From NCBI GenBank assembly GCA_947487955.1, contig CANKYV010000003.1:15165-79164 (forward strand): DNA of 64,000 nt, written 5' to 3'. This document shows positions 10,781 through 21,010 of this stretch, piece by piece. Both the position numbers and the translations under genes were made by a program. Every line of letters begins with the position of its first letter. The stretch's first letter is position 1. This DNA is from Alphaproteobacteria bacterium (lineage in GTDB: Bacteria > Pseudomonadota > Alphaproteobacteria > Paracaedibacterales > CAITNM01). The notes under the pieces are model-generated. The model had not been told where the DNA came from and ran no database searches. It was given only the letters and a program-made list of their open reading frames with translations.

Positions 10781-11539
10781 CTACACATTCTTAGGTGAAA
10801 CGTTGATTTCTTTTTTGCTCTTTTGATCTTGCTCTTGCATAACTTGTTGTGCGTACTCAAATTGTCGTAAAGTTTCCATCATAACAATGCTTTCGCTTAC
10901 ACCTGACACATTTGAATCTTCTAGTCCAAATTGCTTTATGTAATACGTATTTGATATTTCAGGTACTTGTTGAGTAGGATCCAATAGATTATTTCCTAAA
11001 CACTTTAATTGCTCTTGCTGATCATCAACCGAAAAAACACCAATTTTTCCGACAAGAACAGAATCAGCGTATACTCCCCCTTTCGAGTGAATAATTATCT
11101 GATTAGTTCCCGACGGAATAACAATATGTCCACCACCTTGATCCAGAACATAATTAGAACCACTAGCTGTGACGAGCTTACCATCACTATTAAGTGCAAA
11201 TTGCCCGTTTCGCGTTAAATATTTCCCCTTATCTGTTTCAACCATGAAGTATCCATTAACACTACTTAAAGATACATCCAAGGGATTCCCTGTTTGACGA
11301 TAAGAACCATTTGCTAAATTTCGTAATGCTTTATTAGCACATACATAATTAACAACTCGGTTGTCTTTACCTTTTTGTGTTGCATTAACAAGCTTAATCA
11401 TCTGACTTTTAAAGCCAGGCGTATTAGCATTTGCCAAGTTATTTGTTGAAATCGCCAAGCGCACCCACTGCGCTTCTTGAGAAGATAAAGCAACTGCATT
11501 TGGTTTTTGAACTGAATAATCAGGCTTGTTTATATGCAT
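10781..11539 (-). CDS. flgF: Flagellar basal-body rod protein FlgF
   Basis: 252 aa. N-terminal NNLANANTPGFK rod motif and C-terminal EDSNVSGVSESIVMMETLRQFE. Lies immediately upstream of flgG. Confidence 0.85.
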   Translation of the reverse strand: MHINKPDYSVQKPNAVALSSQEAQWVRLAISTNNLANANTPGFKSQMIKLVNATQKGKDNRVVNYVCANKALRNLANGSYRQTGNPLDVSLSSVNGYFMVETDKGKYLTRNGQFALNSDGKLVTASGSNYVLDQGGGHIVIPSGTNQIIIHSKGGVYADSVLVGKIGVFSVDDQQEQLKCLGNNLLDPTQQVPEISNTYYIKQFGLEDSNVSGVSESIVMMETLRQFEYAQQVMQEQDQKSKKEINVSPKNV

Positions 11540-11573
11540 TTTATTATTATTTTTATTGTTTTACATATGGTTA

Positions 11574-11589
11574 TGCAAAAAGCATGCCA
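11574..11589 (-). promoter_or_regulatory. Candidate sigma-54 (-24/-12) promoter for the flgF operon
   Basis: The minus strand reads TGGCATGCTTTTTGCA, against the consensus TGGCAC-N5-TTGCA, with exact GG-N10-GC spacing. The -12 element lies about 35 nt upstream of the flgF ATG (11539). rpoN is present in the same window. Confidence 0.6.
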
Positions 11590-11658
11590 ACAAATTACTT
11601 GAATAGAACACGTTAATTTCTTAAGGTGCGATAGTAGAATTATTAGTTAGCTAAATTG

Positions 11659-14331
11659 ATGCGACGTAAATTTTTTTATATACCTATTTTCCTAGCTGTT
11701 TTACTAGGAATCGTTCCTCTTTTTATTGATTTTTCAAAGTACGCAACTCCGTATCTTGCAGATGCACAAAAGGCAATCAGCAGAACGATAAAAACTGGAT
11801 CTATACGATTACAATTATTACCAACGCCTCGAATAAAAATTTATGACGTTTCCTTAGGCAATGCTCCTGGCACAAGCAAACCAGAAATGATTACCGTCAA
11901 AAATGTTGACGTAATTCTTAGTTTGTTTGACTTATTAAGAGGGAAAATTGTTATAAAAAGCATCAATTTAAATACCCCTGAAATCACTTTAGAAAAAAAC
12001 AAAGATGGTAGTGCAAATTGGGAATTACACTTCACTTCACCTGAAAGTGAATCAACAAAATCTACTTCACATTCTGCAAATCCAGCTGCAGCGGGAATTA
12101 TTGTTAATCATTTTGAAGCTAAAAACGCTACAATTACTTATATAGATCATAATGACGGCTCAACTAAAACTTTCTCTAATTTAATGATTGAGTGTGATAG
12201 TGAAAAACTGATGGGGCCATACAAAGTACAGATCCATGCGGATACAACCGAGAATAGCATAGATCTCGACCTATTAACTGGAGATTTTAGTACTGGAAAA
12301 ACATCTTTGATAGCTGGAGTTACTTTAAACCTTCAAGATCATAAAGTACGCGCTGAGCTAAAAGGATCGATTGATTTAACAAAAAAGCACTTATCCGGAA
12401 AGCTTGTTGCATCCTCAAGCGATTATCCTTTGATATTAGATTTACCTAATCACAAAATTGATTTACACAAAACAATTGATATACAAGCAGAAATTCACAC
12501 CACGCCTGAACATATTACCATAGCTGATTTACGTGCAGATCACCCTGCAGTTCAAATTATTGGCGTTGCACGCTATAATCTTTCAACACAATTATGCGAT
12601 ATAAACTTAAAATTTAAGCACCAAAAGGATCTTATAGATCTTCAATGTCTAACAAAGAATTTCAATGAATTTGAATATCATATTTCCAGCACACATTACC
12701 AAGAAATACTAAAATGGTTTACTAAAAGCTCCGCTATAAAAAAAGAAATCGACGTTAAAGGTATTTTTAAAATTGAAAAAGATTCACTAATATTTAAAAA
12801 AACTTCTGTACAACTAGGAGATGCCAGTGCTGAAGCAAATATTCAATTCAATACAATAACAAAAACAACAAACGCAACTGCTCAATTGCAAAATATTCAG
12901 CAGTGGGGACAATTACGGGAGCATAATCTGCCAATTTCAGGCCCCACAACCATTGCACTAAAACTTATCCCTACCAAAGAGCATTTAGAAATTTCCACAA
13001 AAATATCACTTGGCAAAGGTCATGTAGTTTTTGATGGCACTCTTGGAGCTAGTGAATTGCTTGCAAAAGGAAATTTGCGTCTAGAGCATATCTGTTTGGA
13101 TGATTATACGGTCAATCTTAAAAGTGACATCTTAGTTAAAAAAACAGAAATTGATCTAAACATGCAAAATATTGAATTAAAAAGCAAATCAGGACTTGAT
13201 TTATTTGCAGGTGGAAAGTTATTGATTGACTTGAGTAAAGAGAAACCGCACGTAGCCGGCTCTATTACAGCACAACCTATACAACTTACTGCCTATCAAA
13301 ATTCTTCTGTTCATGTATTACGAGCCTTATACACGTCAGAAACAACTGGGCTTCAACTTTTACGCATTGCGAATATAAATTCTCGGTGGCCATCAACTCC
13401 AATAGTTCTACCGCTGCAAGCATTTACTATGAATTTACATGTAAACGTACCCAAAATTACGTTAAATAGTTTTGTCTTAGAAGCCTTGCAATCAGATATT
13501 AGTCTAAAAGCAGGACAGTTAGATATTCCTTTTTCTGCACATATGTATGGAGGAAAGTTAAGCGGTTCTTTATTAGCCCAATCCACAAACAGCCAAAATA
13601 TTAGCTTATCAGCCAAATTCGATGATATCAGTTTAGAGAAAATTCAAGCTGTTTCTGCCCATTTTGCTCGTGGAAAAGCTTCTGGTTCAATTGACTTAAA
13701 AACCCAAGGTGTTTCTCAATATGACTGGGTAAGCAAGTTAAAAGGCCAAGCAAATTTTTCAGTTAAAGATGGTATTGTTAAGGGATTTAATCTACAAGCA
13801 ATCGTTGGCATTTTGAAAAAGCCAAGCAAGCTACTTGACTTAACCAATATTCAAAGCTGCTTTAGTGGAAAAGGTGAAACGGCGTTTTCTCAGGCAAGTA
13901 GTAAATTTAATATTGTCAATGGTATTGCTAGCACAAATGATTTAACTATTGATGCAATAGATGCACAATTAAAAGCTGAAGGACAGATTGATCTTTTAAA
14001 TTGGCAAATTCAATTCTCAGGTAGAGTATTGGCACCAACTTTAAAAGACACACCTCCTTTACAATTCATTATTAAAGGTCCTTTGGACCAACCAAGCTAC
14101 AGCTTAGACCTGAAGCAAATTCAGCAGCTTTTTTTGAAAAAAGGAGCAAGTGACATGGTTTCAAAAGCTCTTGGGAAATCAATTCCAGGAATTGACCAGT
14201 TAATTCCCGGTATGAATAAAAAATCTAAAGAATCAAGTTCACAAGTAAGTAATTCGAACACCAATCAGGAGGAAAAATCAGTTAAACCTGAAAAAATGGT
14301 ACAAGGACTATTAAAAGGTATTTTTGGATAG
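11659..14331 (+). CDS. AsmA-family outer-membrane biogenesis protein
   Basis: About 890 aa. Single N-terminal TM followed by ...TGSIRLQLLPTPRIKIYDVSLGN. C-terminal AsmA-like segment ANFSVKDGIVKGFNL. I chose the ATG at 11659, with a TTG at 11656 as an alternative. Confidence 0.75.
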   Translation: MRRKFFYIPIFLAVLLGIVPLFIDFSKYATPYLADAQKAISRTIKTGSIRLQLLPTPRIKIYDVSLGNAPGTSKPEMITVKNVDVILSLFDLLRGKIVIKSINLNTPEITLEKNKDGSANWELHFTSPESESTKSTSHSANPAAAGIIVNHFEAKNATITYIDHNDGSTKTFSNLMIECDSEKLMGPYKVQIHADTTENSIDLDLLTGDFSTGKTSLIAGVTLNLQDHKVRAELKGSIDLTKKHLSGKLVASSSDYPLILDLPNHKIDLHKTIDIQAEIHTTPEHITIADLRADHPAVQIIGVARYNLSTQLCDINLKFKHQKDLIDLQCLTKNFNEFEYHISSTHYQEILKWFTKSSAIKKEIDVKGIFKIEKDSLIFKKTSVQLGDASAEANIQFNTITKTTNATAQLQNIQQWGQLREHNLPISGPTTIALKLIPTKEHLEISTKISLGKGHVVFDGTLGASELLAKGNLRLEHICLDDYTVNLKSDILVKKTEIDLNMQNIELKSKSGLDLFAGGKLLIDLSKEKPHVAGSITAQPIQLTAYQNSSVHVLRALYTSETTGLQLLRIANINSRWPSTPIVLPLQAFTMNLHVNVPKITLNSFVLEALQSDISLKAGQLDIPFSAHMYGGKLSGSLLAQSTNSQNISLSAKFDDISLEKIQAVSAHFARGKASGSIDLKTQGVSQYDWVSKLKGQANFSVKDGIVKGFNLQAIVGILKKPSKLLDLTNIQSCFSGKGETAFSQASSKFNIVNGIASTNDLTIDAIDAQLKAEGQIDLLNWQIQFSGRVLAPTLKDTPPLQFIIKGPLDQPSYSLDLKQIQQLFLKKGASDMVSKALGKSIPGIDQLIPGMNKKSKESSSQVSNSNTNQEEKSVKPEKMVQGLLKGIFG

Positions 14332-14484
14332 GGTGTATTTCTGTTTTTTTCAACAATTTTAATAGTTTGGAACTAAAATAGTTAAGAAAAATTTGCTTTC
14401 TGTAAAAAATGATACGCTTTTTTATGTAAATTGATCTATAATGAAGAGTAGTTAAAATTTTTTCTAAATATTGAGGATATTACG

Positions 14485-14760
14485 ATGTCAAAAAAATTAC
14501 TTCTAGCACTAGGTGTTATCGGTTTAACATTTGTTGCATGTGAGAAAAAAGAAGATCACAAAGCTCAATCTGAACCAGCTAAAGAAGCTACAGCTGATGC
14601 TGCACATGCTCACGCGGCTCCAGCTGATGCTCACCCAGCAACAGAAGCACATGCTACTGATGCTCATGCGGCTCCAGCTGATGCTCATACAACTGAAGCA
14701 CATACTGATGCGCATCCAGCAACTGAAGCTGCTACAGCTCCAGCAACTGCTGCAAAATAA
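14485..14760 (+). CDS. Small lipoprotein with His/Ala-rich tandem repeats
   Basis: Signal peptide plus lipobox (LTFVAC), with a purine-rich stretch gaggat before the ATG. The mature part consists of degenerate HAAPADAH / TEAH repeats. This frame is preferred over two overlapping stop-free frames because it has the signal and lipobox. Confidence 0.65.
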   Translation: MSKKLLLALGVIGLTFVACEKKEDHKAQSEPAKEATADAAHAHAAPADAHPATEAHATDAHAAPADAHTTEAHTDAHPATEAATAPATAAK

Positions 14761-14994
14761 AATTAAAAAATTTAGCGCTCTCTTTACTTGTTCAAGCAAT
14801 TAGCTAATGAGAGCGTTTTTACTTCCTTTTTTTATTCAGATTAATTCACACATGTGTCATTGATCCATTTTTAAATTTTCAAACAAATAAATCCCATTTA
14901 ATGAATTAAAATTATTTATTTTTAAAATATTAATACTATATTAACCTTTTAAATATTATTTTATTACTAAGCCCTTTAAATATGAGTTATCTTC

Positions 14995-15759
14995 ATGCGT
15001 GGCTTAGCAATACTATTCATGGCTTTGACATTCGGTCAAAATCTTATAGCAAGTAATTTTCCTAATGAAATTTCAAGCTCTGAACCACCTAAAATGCGTT
15101 CAGGTTTCTCTCAATTACGCAGTAATCGTGATTTTCTCAATTCAATAGGTCGACGCTTAGCTATGGTCAGATTTTCAGAAACTCTGCGTGATGAATCTCC
15201 CGAAGCTAGAGCCAGAGTGATAAATCATATTCAAGAACATGTACCACCAGGATCAGACATCACGGCTGAAATTGCAGATGCCAGAGGAGAAAATGCTGAA
15301 GTTCTTTTTTCTGAAATGCAACATTTCATGGCTCAAGAAATTAGACCGAATATTATTCTAGCACTACGTAACGCCCCAGATGAATGCATTTTATCAGCGG
15401 GATTTACAGAAAACACACAAGATCCTTTAGTGCAAGCAGGCTTCTATATCAGATTCGGACAATCTCTACGCGCATTTGAGCTAAAAAATCTAGCAGCAAC
15501 GTCCTTTTTAAAAAGTGGTTTACTATACGCAACAGCTACTCGTACCAATGAAAACCGCATAGACTTATTATTATCTGCTGCTCAGTGTTATTATTGGGGG
15601 TATTGCAATGAACAAAGACCTTTAAGAAAAGAACATTTTAAAACCTTATATACTAGTTATTTTGACTATGCTCATCGCGATGCAGTTTTATCTAATGATA
15701 CAGAATTAATCACTAGAATTGAGAGAGAGAAAGCTAAAACATCCAACGCCAGAAGATAA
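14995..15759 (+). CDS. Hypothetical secreted protein (orphan)
   Basis: 254-aa ORF with a hydrophobic N-terminal signal-like segment (MRGLAILFMALTFGQNLIA). I recognise no family motif. Confidence 0.5.
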   Translation: MRGLAILFMALTFGQNLIASNFPNEISSSEPPKMRSGFSQLRSNRDFLNSIGRRLAMVRFSETLRDESPEARARVINHIQEHVPPGSDITAEIADARGENAEVLFSEMQHFMAQEIRPNIILALRNAPDECILSAGFTENTQDPLVQAGFYIRFGQSLRAFELKNLAATSFLKSGLLYATATRTNENRIDLLLSAAQCYYWGYCNEQRPLRKEHFKTLYTSYFDYAHRDAVLSNDTELITRIEREKAKTSNARR

Positions 15760-16396
15760 AATCAAGAAGATGCTTAGCTTCACTGTTTTTCAATAGCTCG
15801 ATAGCTTTTCTTTCTTTTTCTCTTCTTTGTTTAAAAAGACAAGCGTGCAAACGACCTTCGGTTATTTCCTTTCGAATATACTGATTTAAGCTAATTGTTT
15901 CGCTTTTTATAACATCTTGCACAAGCAAGCCTTGGCTACCATTTCCAAAATCTCTGTAATAATGATCAATCCCAGGCTTATAGCCCCATGCAGACTTATA
16001 TCCAGCACTATTGATGGTAAATATTGTAACAGACACATTTGAAAATACAGCATCAATTGCTGCATCTACAGACTGGTACTCTCCCCAAAATTCAATATGT
16101 AATCCCGAAGGTTCTATTCCTAACCTACCATTAGCTCTATACGTGGCTAATAAAGCCGCAAGCTTTGTTTTATAGGCCATGACTTCATAATATTGATGCA
16201 CTTCGGCTTCATAATGAACTTCAACTTTTTTACTTTGAATGCATTCCTTCTCATTATGATGAACAACATTTTTTGCACTCCTAACAATGTATAGTTCTTT
16301 TGGGATAGTATCATGCTGTTCAAGCGGCATTGTACCCTCTAAAAATAAACAGCTAATAGCAACGAAAAAAATCATTTTTATAAATTTAAAACTCAT
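15734..16396 (-). CDS. Hypothetical secreted protein (orphan)
   Basis: 220-aa ORF with an N-terminal signal-like segment (MIFFVAISCLFLEG). I recognise no family motif. Its 3' end overlaps the previous ORF by 26 nt. Confidence 0.5.
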   Translation of the reverse strand: MSFKFIKMIFFVAISCLFLEGTMPLEQHDTIPKELYIVRSAKNVVHHNEKECIQSKKVEVHYEAEVHQYYEVMAYKTKLAALLATYRANGRLGIEPSGLHIEFWGEYQSVDAAIDAVFSNVSVTIFTINSAGYKSAWGYKPGIDHYYRDFGNGSQGLLVQDVIKSETISLNQYIRKEITEGRLHACLFKQRREKERKAIELLKNSEAKHLLDFIFWRWMF

Positions 16397-16582
16397 TATT
16401 ATTCAAAAAATATATGATAATCAGAAAATACTAAAAAATATCTTTTCCAAAATCAATCAAATTGAGCAATTTTATACACTTTTGAAACCATCCATAAATA
16501 AATAACTCTATATATTTTACTTGTAATTTTCCTCAAAAATCCCCATATATATACCTTAAGAATAGGGGGTAATACTTTTATA

Positions 16583-17683
16583 ATGTCATCTTTTAGAATT
16601 ATTCTCACCGCTGGTTTTGCCATGTTCTCTATGTTCTTTGGTTCTGGAAATCTAGTATTTCCTCTGACAGTCGGTGTCAAAACTCAAAATATGTTTTTGT
16701 ACACCCTAATCGGATGGATTATTACTGCAGTGATTGTTCCGTTTATTGGAGTTATGGGATTTGTTCGTAGCGAAGGCAATCGTGAAAAATACTATTCAAA
16801 TCTAGGCAAATCAGGTGCTTTTGCTATTAATTTTTTGATATTTATGTTAGTTGGTCCATTTGGTGTTGTGCCAAGATGTATTCTTGTTTCTTTTGGAGGA
16901 TTCAATCTCATGAATCCAGAGCTACCACTATGGATTTTTTCAGGTATGTTTAGCCTTATATTGCTAGGGCTTTGCTGGGAACGCAATCGCTTGGTAGAAA
17001 TAATTGGTGTGTTTTTAACGCCATTTAAATTAGGTGGTATTGCTTTTTTAATTGTGGTTGGACTTTGGGTTGCGCCCCCTATGCAATTAGTTTCTATGAC
17101 CACTAAAGAATGTGTTGGATACGGGTTGGAAATTGGATACCAAACAATGGATCTAATGGGTGCTCCACTTATTGCAATCAGCGTCTACGAATTTTTGAAA
17201 AAGAAGTCCAAAACTGGCTCGAACCATAGAGAGCTTTTTAAAATGGGAGCTCTTTCTAGTATTCTTGGAGGGGGGATATTATGCGCTGTATACTATGGTT
17301 TTATGGCATTAGGCGCTCACTATGCATCTGATCTTGTAGGACTAGGGCAAGAACAATACTTAGCCGCAATTGCACAAAAAGCCCTAGGATCATATGCATT
17401 GCCAATTGTAAGTATAACATTAGCTGTATCATGCCTAGCGACTGCTACCTTACTTACAACTATGTGGACAGATTTTTTGTATAACGATATGTTAAAAAAA
17501 CAAATAAATCGCCATATGTGTTTGACTGCAAGTATAAGCATGGCTTTTGCGATGTCTTTGCTTGGTTTTAGTAAAATTATGAATTTCTTAACCAGCATTT
17601 TAGAATGGCTTTATCCATTAATGATTATTTATGCCGTATACAAACTTGTTGATAAAAAGTCCTCAAAAAAAATTCACGCTTGA
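16583..17683 (+). CDS. brnQ: Branched-chain amino acid transport carrier (LIVCS/BrnQ-like)
   Basis: The N-terminus [21 protein letters not shown] matches the BrnQ signature (FxLFFGAGNLIFPP). It is polytopic. At 366 aa it is shorter than the ~440-aa BrnQ I recall. Confidence 0.65.
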   Translation: MSSFRIILTAGFAMFSMFFGSGNLVFPLTVGVKTQNMFLYTLIGWIITAVIVPFIGVMGFVRSEGNREKYYSNLGKSGAFAINFLIFMLVGPFGVVPRCILVSFGGFNLMNPELPLWIFSGMFSLILLGLCWERNRLVEIIGVFLTPFKLGGIAFLIVVGLWVAPPMQLVSMTTKECVGYGLEIGYQTMDLMGAPLIAISVYEFLKKKSKTGSNHRELFKMGALSSILGGGILCAVYYGFMALGAHYASDLVGLGQEQYLAAIAQKALGSYALPIVSITLAVSCLATATLLTTMWTDFLYNDMLKKQINRHMCLTASISMAFAMSLLGFSKIMNFLTSILEWLYPLMIIYAVYKLVDKKSSKKIHA

Positions 17684-18785
17684 TGGCGTAAATTCAGGTG
17701 AGCGCATCGCTGTTGCAATGTCCGGTGGCGTTGACTCATCAGTTGCTGCTGCTCTGATGGTTGAAGCTGGATATGATGTAGTAGGCATTACGCTACAATT
17801 GTATGATCATGGGGCAATGATTAACAAAAAGGGTGCTTGCTGCGCAGGTCAAGACATTTATGACGCAAGAACTGTTGCTGATAGAATGGGTTTCCCTCAC
17901 TACGTATTAGATTATGAGAGCGTTTTTCGTGAAAAAGTTATTGATGATTTTGCTGATTCTTATTTACAAGGAGAAACTCCTCTTCCGTGTGTAAGATGCA
18001 ATCAACAAGTAAAATTTAAAGACCTTCTTCAAACTGCTCGTGATCTTGATGCTAAAGCACTAGTAACTGGACACTATGTACAACGGTTTGTTAACAAACG
18101 TGCAGAATTACATAGAGCCTTAGATCACAATCGGGATCAAAGCTATTTCTTGTTCACAACGAATCAAGACCAGCTTGAATATTTACGCTTTCCCCTAGGT
18201 GGGCTTCCAAAGTCTGAAACCAGAGAACACGCCGCACGATTTGGCTTAACAGTTGCCGAAAAACCAGATAGCCAAGATATTTGTTTCGTGCCTAATGGCT
18301 CTTACGCAAAGCTTGTAAGTAAATTAAGACCAGGAGCTTTAGATGCAGGTGATATTATACATATCAATGGGACTGTATTAGGACGTCATGATGGAATCAT
18401 CAATTACACAATTGGCCAGCGTAAAGGACTTGGCGTTTCAGCCCCTGAACCACTTTACGTCATTAGATTAAATCCTGAAAAACATCAGGTATGGGTAGGA
18501 CCGCATGAGGCGTTAGCAATTGAGAGGATATACTTGAAAGAAACGAATTGGCTAAGAAGCATTACAGATTTCAAAAATGGATTAAGATGCATGGTTAAAG
18601 TACGATCAACCCATTCACCTGTTGAAGCAATCGTTACTGCAACTGGCCCTATGTCAGCCATGGTTACTTTCTCAGCATCTGAATACGGAATAGCTTCGGG
18701 ACAAGCTTGTGTATTTTATGAAAACAATCAAGTATTAGGCGGAGGATGGATTACATCCCAGCATCTACAATCGGAGGAATCATGA
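17631..18785 (+). CDS. mnmA: tRNA 2-thiouridine(34) synthase MnmA
   Basis: PP-loop [11 protein letters not shown], a catalytic Cys region (PCVRCN) and the DQSYFL motif. The ATG at 17631 overlaps brnQ by 53 nt, so the true start is uncertain. Confidence 0.9.
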   Translation: MPYTNLLIKSPQKKFTLDGVNSGERIAVAMSGGVDSSVAAALMVEAGYDVVGITLQLYDHGAMINKKGACCAGQDIYDARTVADRMGFPHYVLDYESVFREKVIDDFADSYLQGETPLPCVRCNQQVKFKDLLQTARDLDAKALVTGHYVQRFVNKRAELHRALDHNRDQSYFLFTTNQDQLEYLRFPLGGLPKSETREHAARFGLTVAEKPDSQDICFVPNGSYAKLVSKLRPGALDAGDIIHINGTVLGRHDGIINYTIGQRKGLGVSAPEPLYVIRLNPEKHQVWVGPHEALAIERIYLKETNWLRSITDFKNGLRCMVKVRSTHSPVEAIVTATGPMSAMVTFSASEYGIASGQACVFYENNQVLGGGWITSQHLQSEES

Positions 18786-20143
18786 AATTATTTGGGACAG
18801 ACGGTATTCGTGGAGCTGTTAATGAACCACCAATGACAGCAGATACTACTTTAAAAGTTGCTATGGCTGCAGCTCAATATTTGCAAGAAAGCACACCTTT
18901 AACAACATCATCACAGCATAGACACACGGTCGTTATTGGTAAAGACACACGCCTTTCCGGTTACATGCTAGAATCTGCTTTAACTTCAGGATTTGTGAGC
19001 ATGGGGATAGATGTCATGTTGCTTGGCCCATTACCAACTCCAGCTGTTGCAATGTTAACTCGAACTCTACGCGCCCATTTAGGTGTAATGATTTCAGCAA
19101 GTCATAACCTTTTTCAAGATAATGGTATCAAATTCTTTGATGCACAAGGATTTAAACTGAGCTGTCAAAATGAGCATTATATTGAAGAACTAACAAGTAA
19201 AAATAATTTCTCTTTAGCCAATGCAAAAGATTTTGGAAAAGCCAGACGAGTAGACGATGCTTTAGGGCGCTACAATGAGTTTGTGAAATCAAGTTTTCCA
19301 AAAGGAATGCGCCTTGATGGATTAAAAATTGTCGTTGATTGTGCAAATGGTGCAGCTTACAAAGTTGCCCCCCAAGTATTATGGGAGCTAGGAGCTGATG
19401 TTATTGCTATTGGCAATACTCCAAACGGTATAAATATTAATCAAGATTGCGGCGCTACAAGTATTTCATCATTACAAAGCGCTGTACTAGAACATCAGGC
19501 ACATATAGGTATTGCTTTAGACGGAGATGCAGACCGACTTATCGCAGTCGATGAAAATGGAGAAGCACTTGATGGCGACCAAATCATGGCACTCATTGCC
19601 AAGCTTTGGTATGAACAAGGCCTTTTAAAAGGCAATGGTATTGTCGCTACTCATATGTCTAACCTAGGTTTAGAACGTTATCTTTCCAGCAAAGGATTGC
19701 AACTCTATCGTTCAAATATTGGTGATAAACACGTATTAGAAATGATGCAACTTAAAGGGTGCAATGTTGGTGGAGAGCAATCAGGTCATATCATTTTAAG
19801 CGACTACACCACAACGGGTGATGGATTACTAGCAGCATTACAAGTACTTGCCTTAATGGTAGCAACTAATATGCCAGCTAGTGCTATTGGTCACACCTTT
19901 GAGCCTGTCCCACAAATTCTAAAAAATATACGCACCAAGCAGGCAATTAACTTAAATGATGATCGTATTCGATTAGTCATTAATAATGCAAAAGATCGCC
20001 TCGATAACTGCGGTAAGCTGTTAGTAAGACAATCAGGCACCGAGCCCCTAATTCGCATAATGGCTCAAGGAGATGACGCAAACTTATTAAATGAAGTAAT
20101 CAATACAATAAGTGGAACAATTTTGGATATCGACGCTGCATAG
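18782..20143 (+). CDS. glmM: Phosphoglucosamine mutase
   Basis: [12 protein letters not shown]-terminus, phosphoserine loop [16 protein letters not shown], and metal site DGDADR. The ATG at 18782 overlaps the mnmA stop (ATGA); the ORF-track start at 18746 is an upstream extension. Confidence 0.95.
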   Translation: MKLFGTDGIRGAVNEPPMTADTTLKVAMAAAQYLQESTPLTTSSQHRHTVVIGKDTRLSGYMLESALTSGFVSMGIDVMLLGPLPTPAVAMLTRTLRAHLGVMISASHNLFQDNGIKFFDAQGFKLSCQNEHYIEELTSKNNFSLANAKDFGKARRVDDALGRYNEFVKSSFPKGMRLDGLKIVVDCANGAAYKVAPQVLWELGADVIAIGNTPNGININQDCGATSISSLQSAVLEHQAHIGIALDGDADRLIAVDENGEALDGDQIMALIAKLWYEQGLLKGNGIVATHMSNLGLERYLSSKGLQLYRSNIGDKHVLEMMQLKGCNVGGEQSGHIILSDYTTTGDGLLAALQVLALMVATNMPASAIGHTFEPVPQILKNIRTKQAINLNDDRIRLVINNAKDRLDNCGKLLVRQSGTEPLIRIMAQGDDANLLNEVINTISGTILDIDAA

Positions 20144-20216
20144 CATATAATAGAAAAAATCAGAGAATATATAAAATCTGTACAATAAAAACAAACGACT
20201 TTCTTGCAAATTAACT

Positions 20217-20696
20217 TTATAAGTCTGCCTCGATGCCGTTGTTTTGTCCTGCATGCCAATTAATATGAACTGGAGCGTCATCTAAAAATATATACGCTGA
20301 TATCGCACATAAAATTAGCAAAAACAAACCAACAATAACCATACCGCTAGGAACAAAACGATTTGTTGGAAAGTGCTGCTCATCCCCTACAGATGTTAAT
20401 TGCACTGGAAGAAAAAAACTTTCATCTTTCAATTGTTCAATAATTTCATCATGGTCAAGCCCTAAATGTTGAGCGTATGTACGAATAAAACCAACTGTGT
20501 AAACACCACCTGGCAGTTGGTCAAATTGCTCTTCCTCAATGGCTTGTAAAAAAACCTTACGAATTTTTAGTTGCTCAGAAATAGCTTCAAGACTTTTTTT
20601 CTGATTCAGTCGTTGTGTTTTAAAAACAAGCCCCAATGTTTGAGGTAGTTCATTTGCCTCAACATTTTCTAGAACTTGCGCCGCTACGCCACTCAT
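20217..20696 (-). CDS. RodZ-like helix-turn-helix membrane protein
   Basis: HTH_25-type N-terminus (LEAISEQLKIRKVFLQAIEEEQFDQLPGGVYTVGFIRTYAQHLGLD) followed by one TM segment. At 159 aa it is short. Confidence 0.6.
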   Translation of the reverse strand: MSGVAAQVLENVEANELPQTLGLVFKTQRLNQKKSLEAISEQLKIRKVFLQAIEEEQFDQLPGGVYTVGFIRTYAQHLGLDHDEIIEQLKDESFFLPVQLTSVGDEQHFPTNRFVPSGMVIVGLFLLILCAISAYIFLDDAPVHINWHAGQNNGIEADL

Positions 20697-20824
20697 AACA
20701 CACCATTAAAAGACTTATTTTATTATTTAAGCATGTTTTTTATAAGCAGCCAATGTCATTCTAAATATTTATTCGACGTCAAGAGTTGACAAGAGTTTTC
20801 GGGGATAATACAAATAATAAGTAC

Positions 20825-20917
20825 GGAGAGATGGCCGAGCGGCTTAAGGCAACGGTTTGCTAAACCGTCATAGGGAGTCAATCCTTATCGAGGGTTCGAA
20901 TCCCTCTCTCTCCGCCA
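20825..20917 (+). tRNA. tRNA-Ser (anticodon GCU), CCA encoded
   Basis: I folded the cloverleaf by hand. Acceptor GGAGAGA/TCTCTCC, anticodon arm ACGGT-TTGCTAA-ACCGT (GCT anticodon), long class-II variable arm, T-arm GAGGG-TTCGAAT-CCCTC, discriminator G plus CCA. Confidence 0.95.
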
Positions 20918-20982
20918 TTATGAAAAAATACATTTACACAATATACTTTTAGGAAGTTGACCTGTTATAAATCAATACTGGC

Positions 20983-21010
20983 CTAAGGATAGCCTTAGAT
21001 TATTTTTTTG
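20983..21010. terminator. Candidate intrinsic terminator between tRNA-Ser and the end of the glycan locus
   Basis: CTAAGG-atag-CCTTAG hairpin (6 bp) followed by ATTATTTTTTT on the plus strand. It abuts the stop of the convergent methyltransferase gene. The stem is short. Confidence 0.4.

Noticed and set aside
14524-14803. Two further ~90-aa ORFs (one per strand) overlapping the His/Ala-repeat lipoprotein gene.
   Set aside because: They are stop-free only because of the degenerate GC-rich repeat. Neither has a signal peptide or a plausible start context, and their products are Cys/Ser/Trp-rich or Leu/Gln/Met-rich low-complexity strings.
14774-14820. An inverted repeat CGCTCTC ... GAGAGCG followed by TTTTT after the lipoprotein gene.
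   Set aside because: The 7-bp stem encloses a 26-nt loop, which is too open for a canonical intrinsic terminator. I noted it but did not call it.
20786-20814. A TTGACA hexamer upstream of tRNA-Ser, considered as a -35 element. It lies within a small direct repeat, AAGAGTT-GAC-AAGAGTT.
   Set aside because: With a 17-nt spacer, the -10 would be TACAAA (a weak match). The better-looking GATAAT/ATAATA sit only 12-13 nt away. This is not enough to call a promoter.
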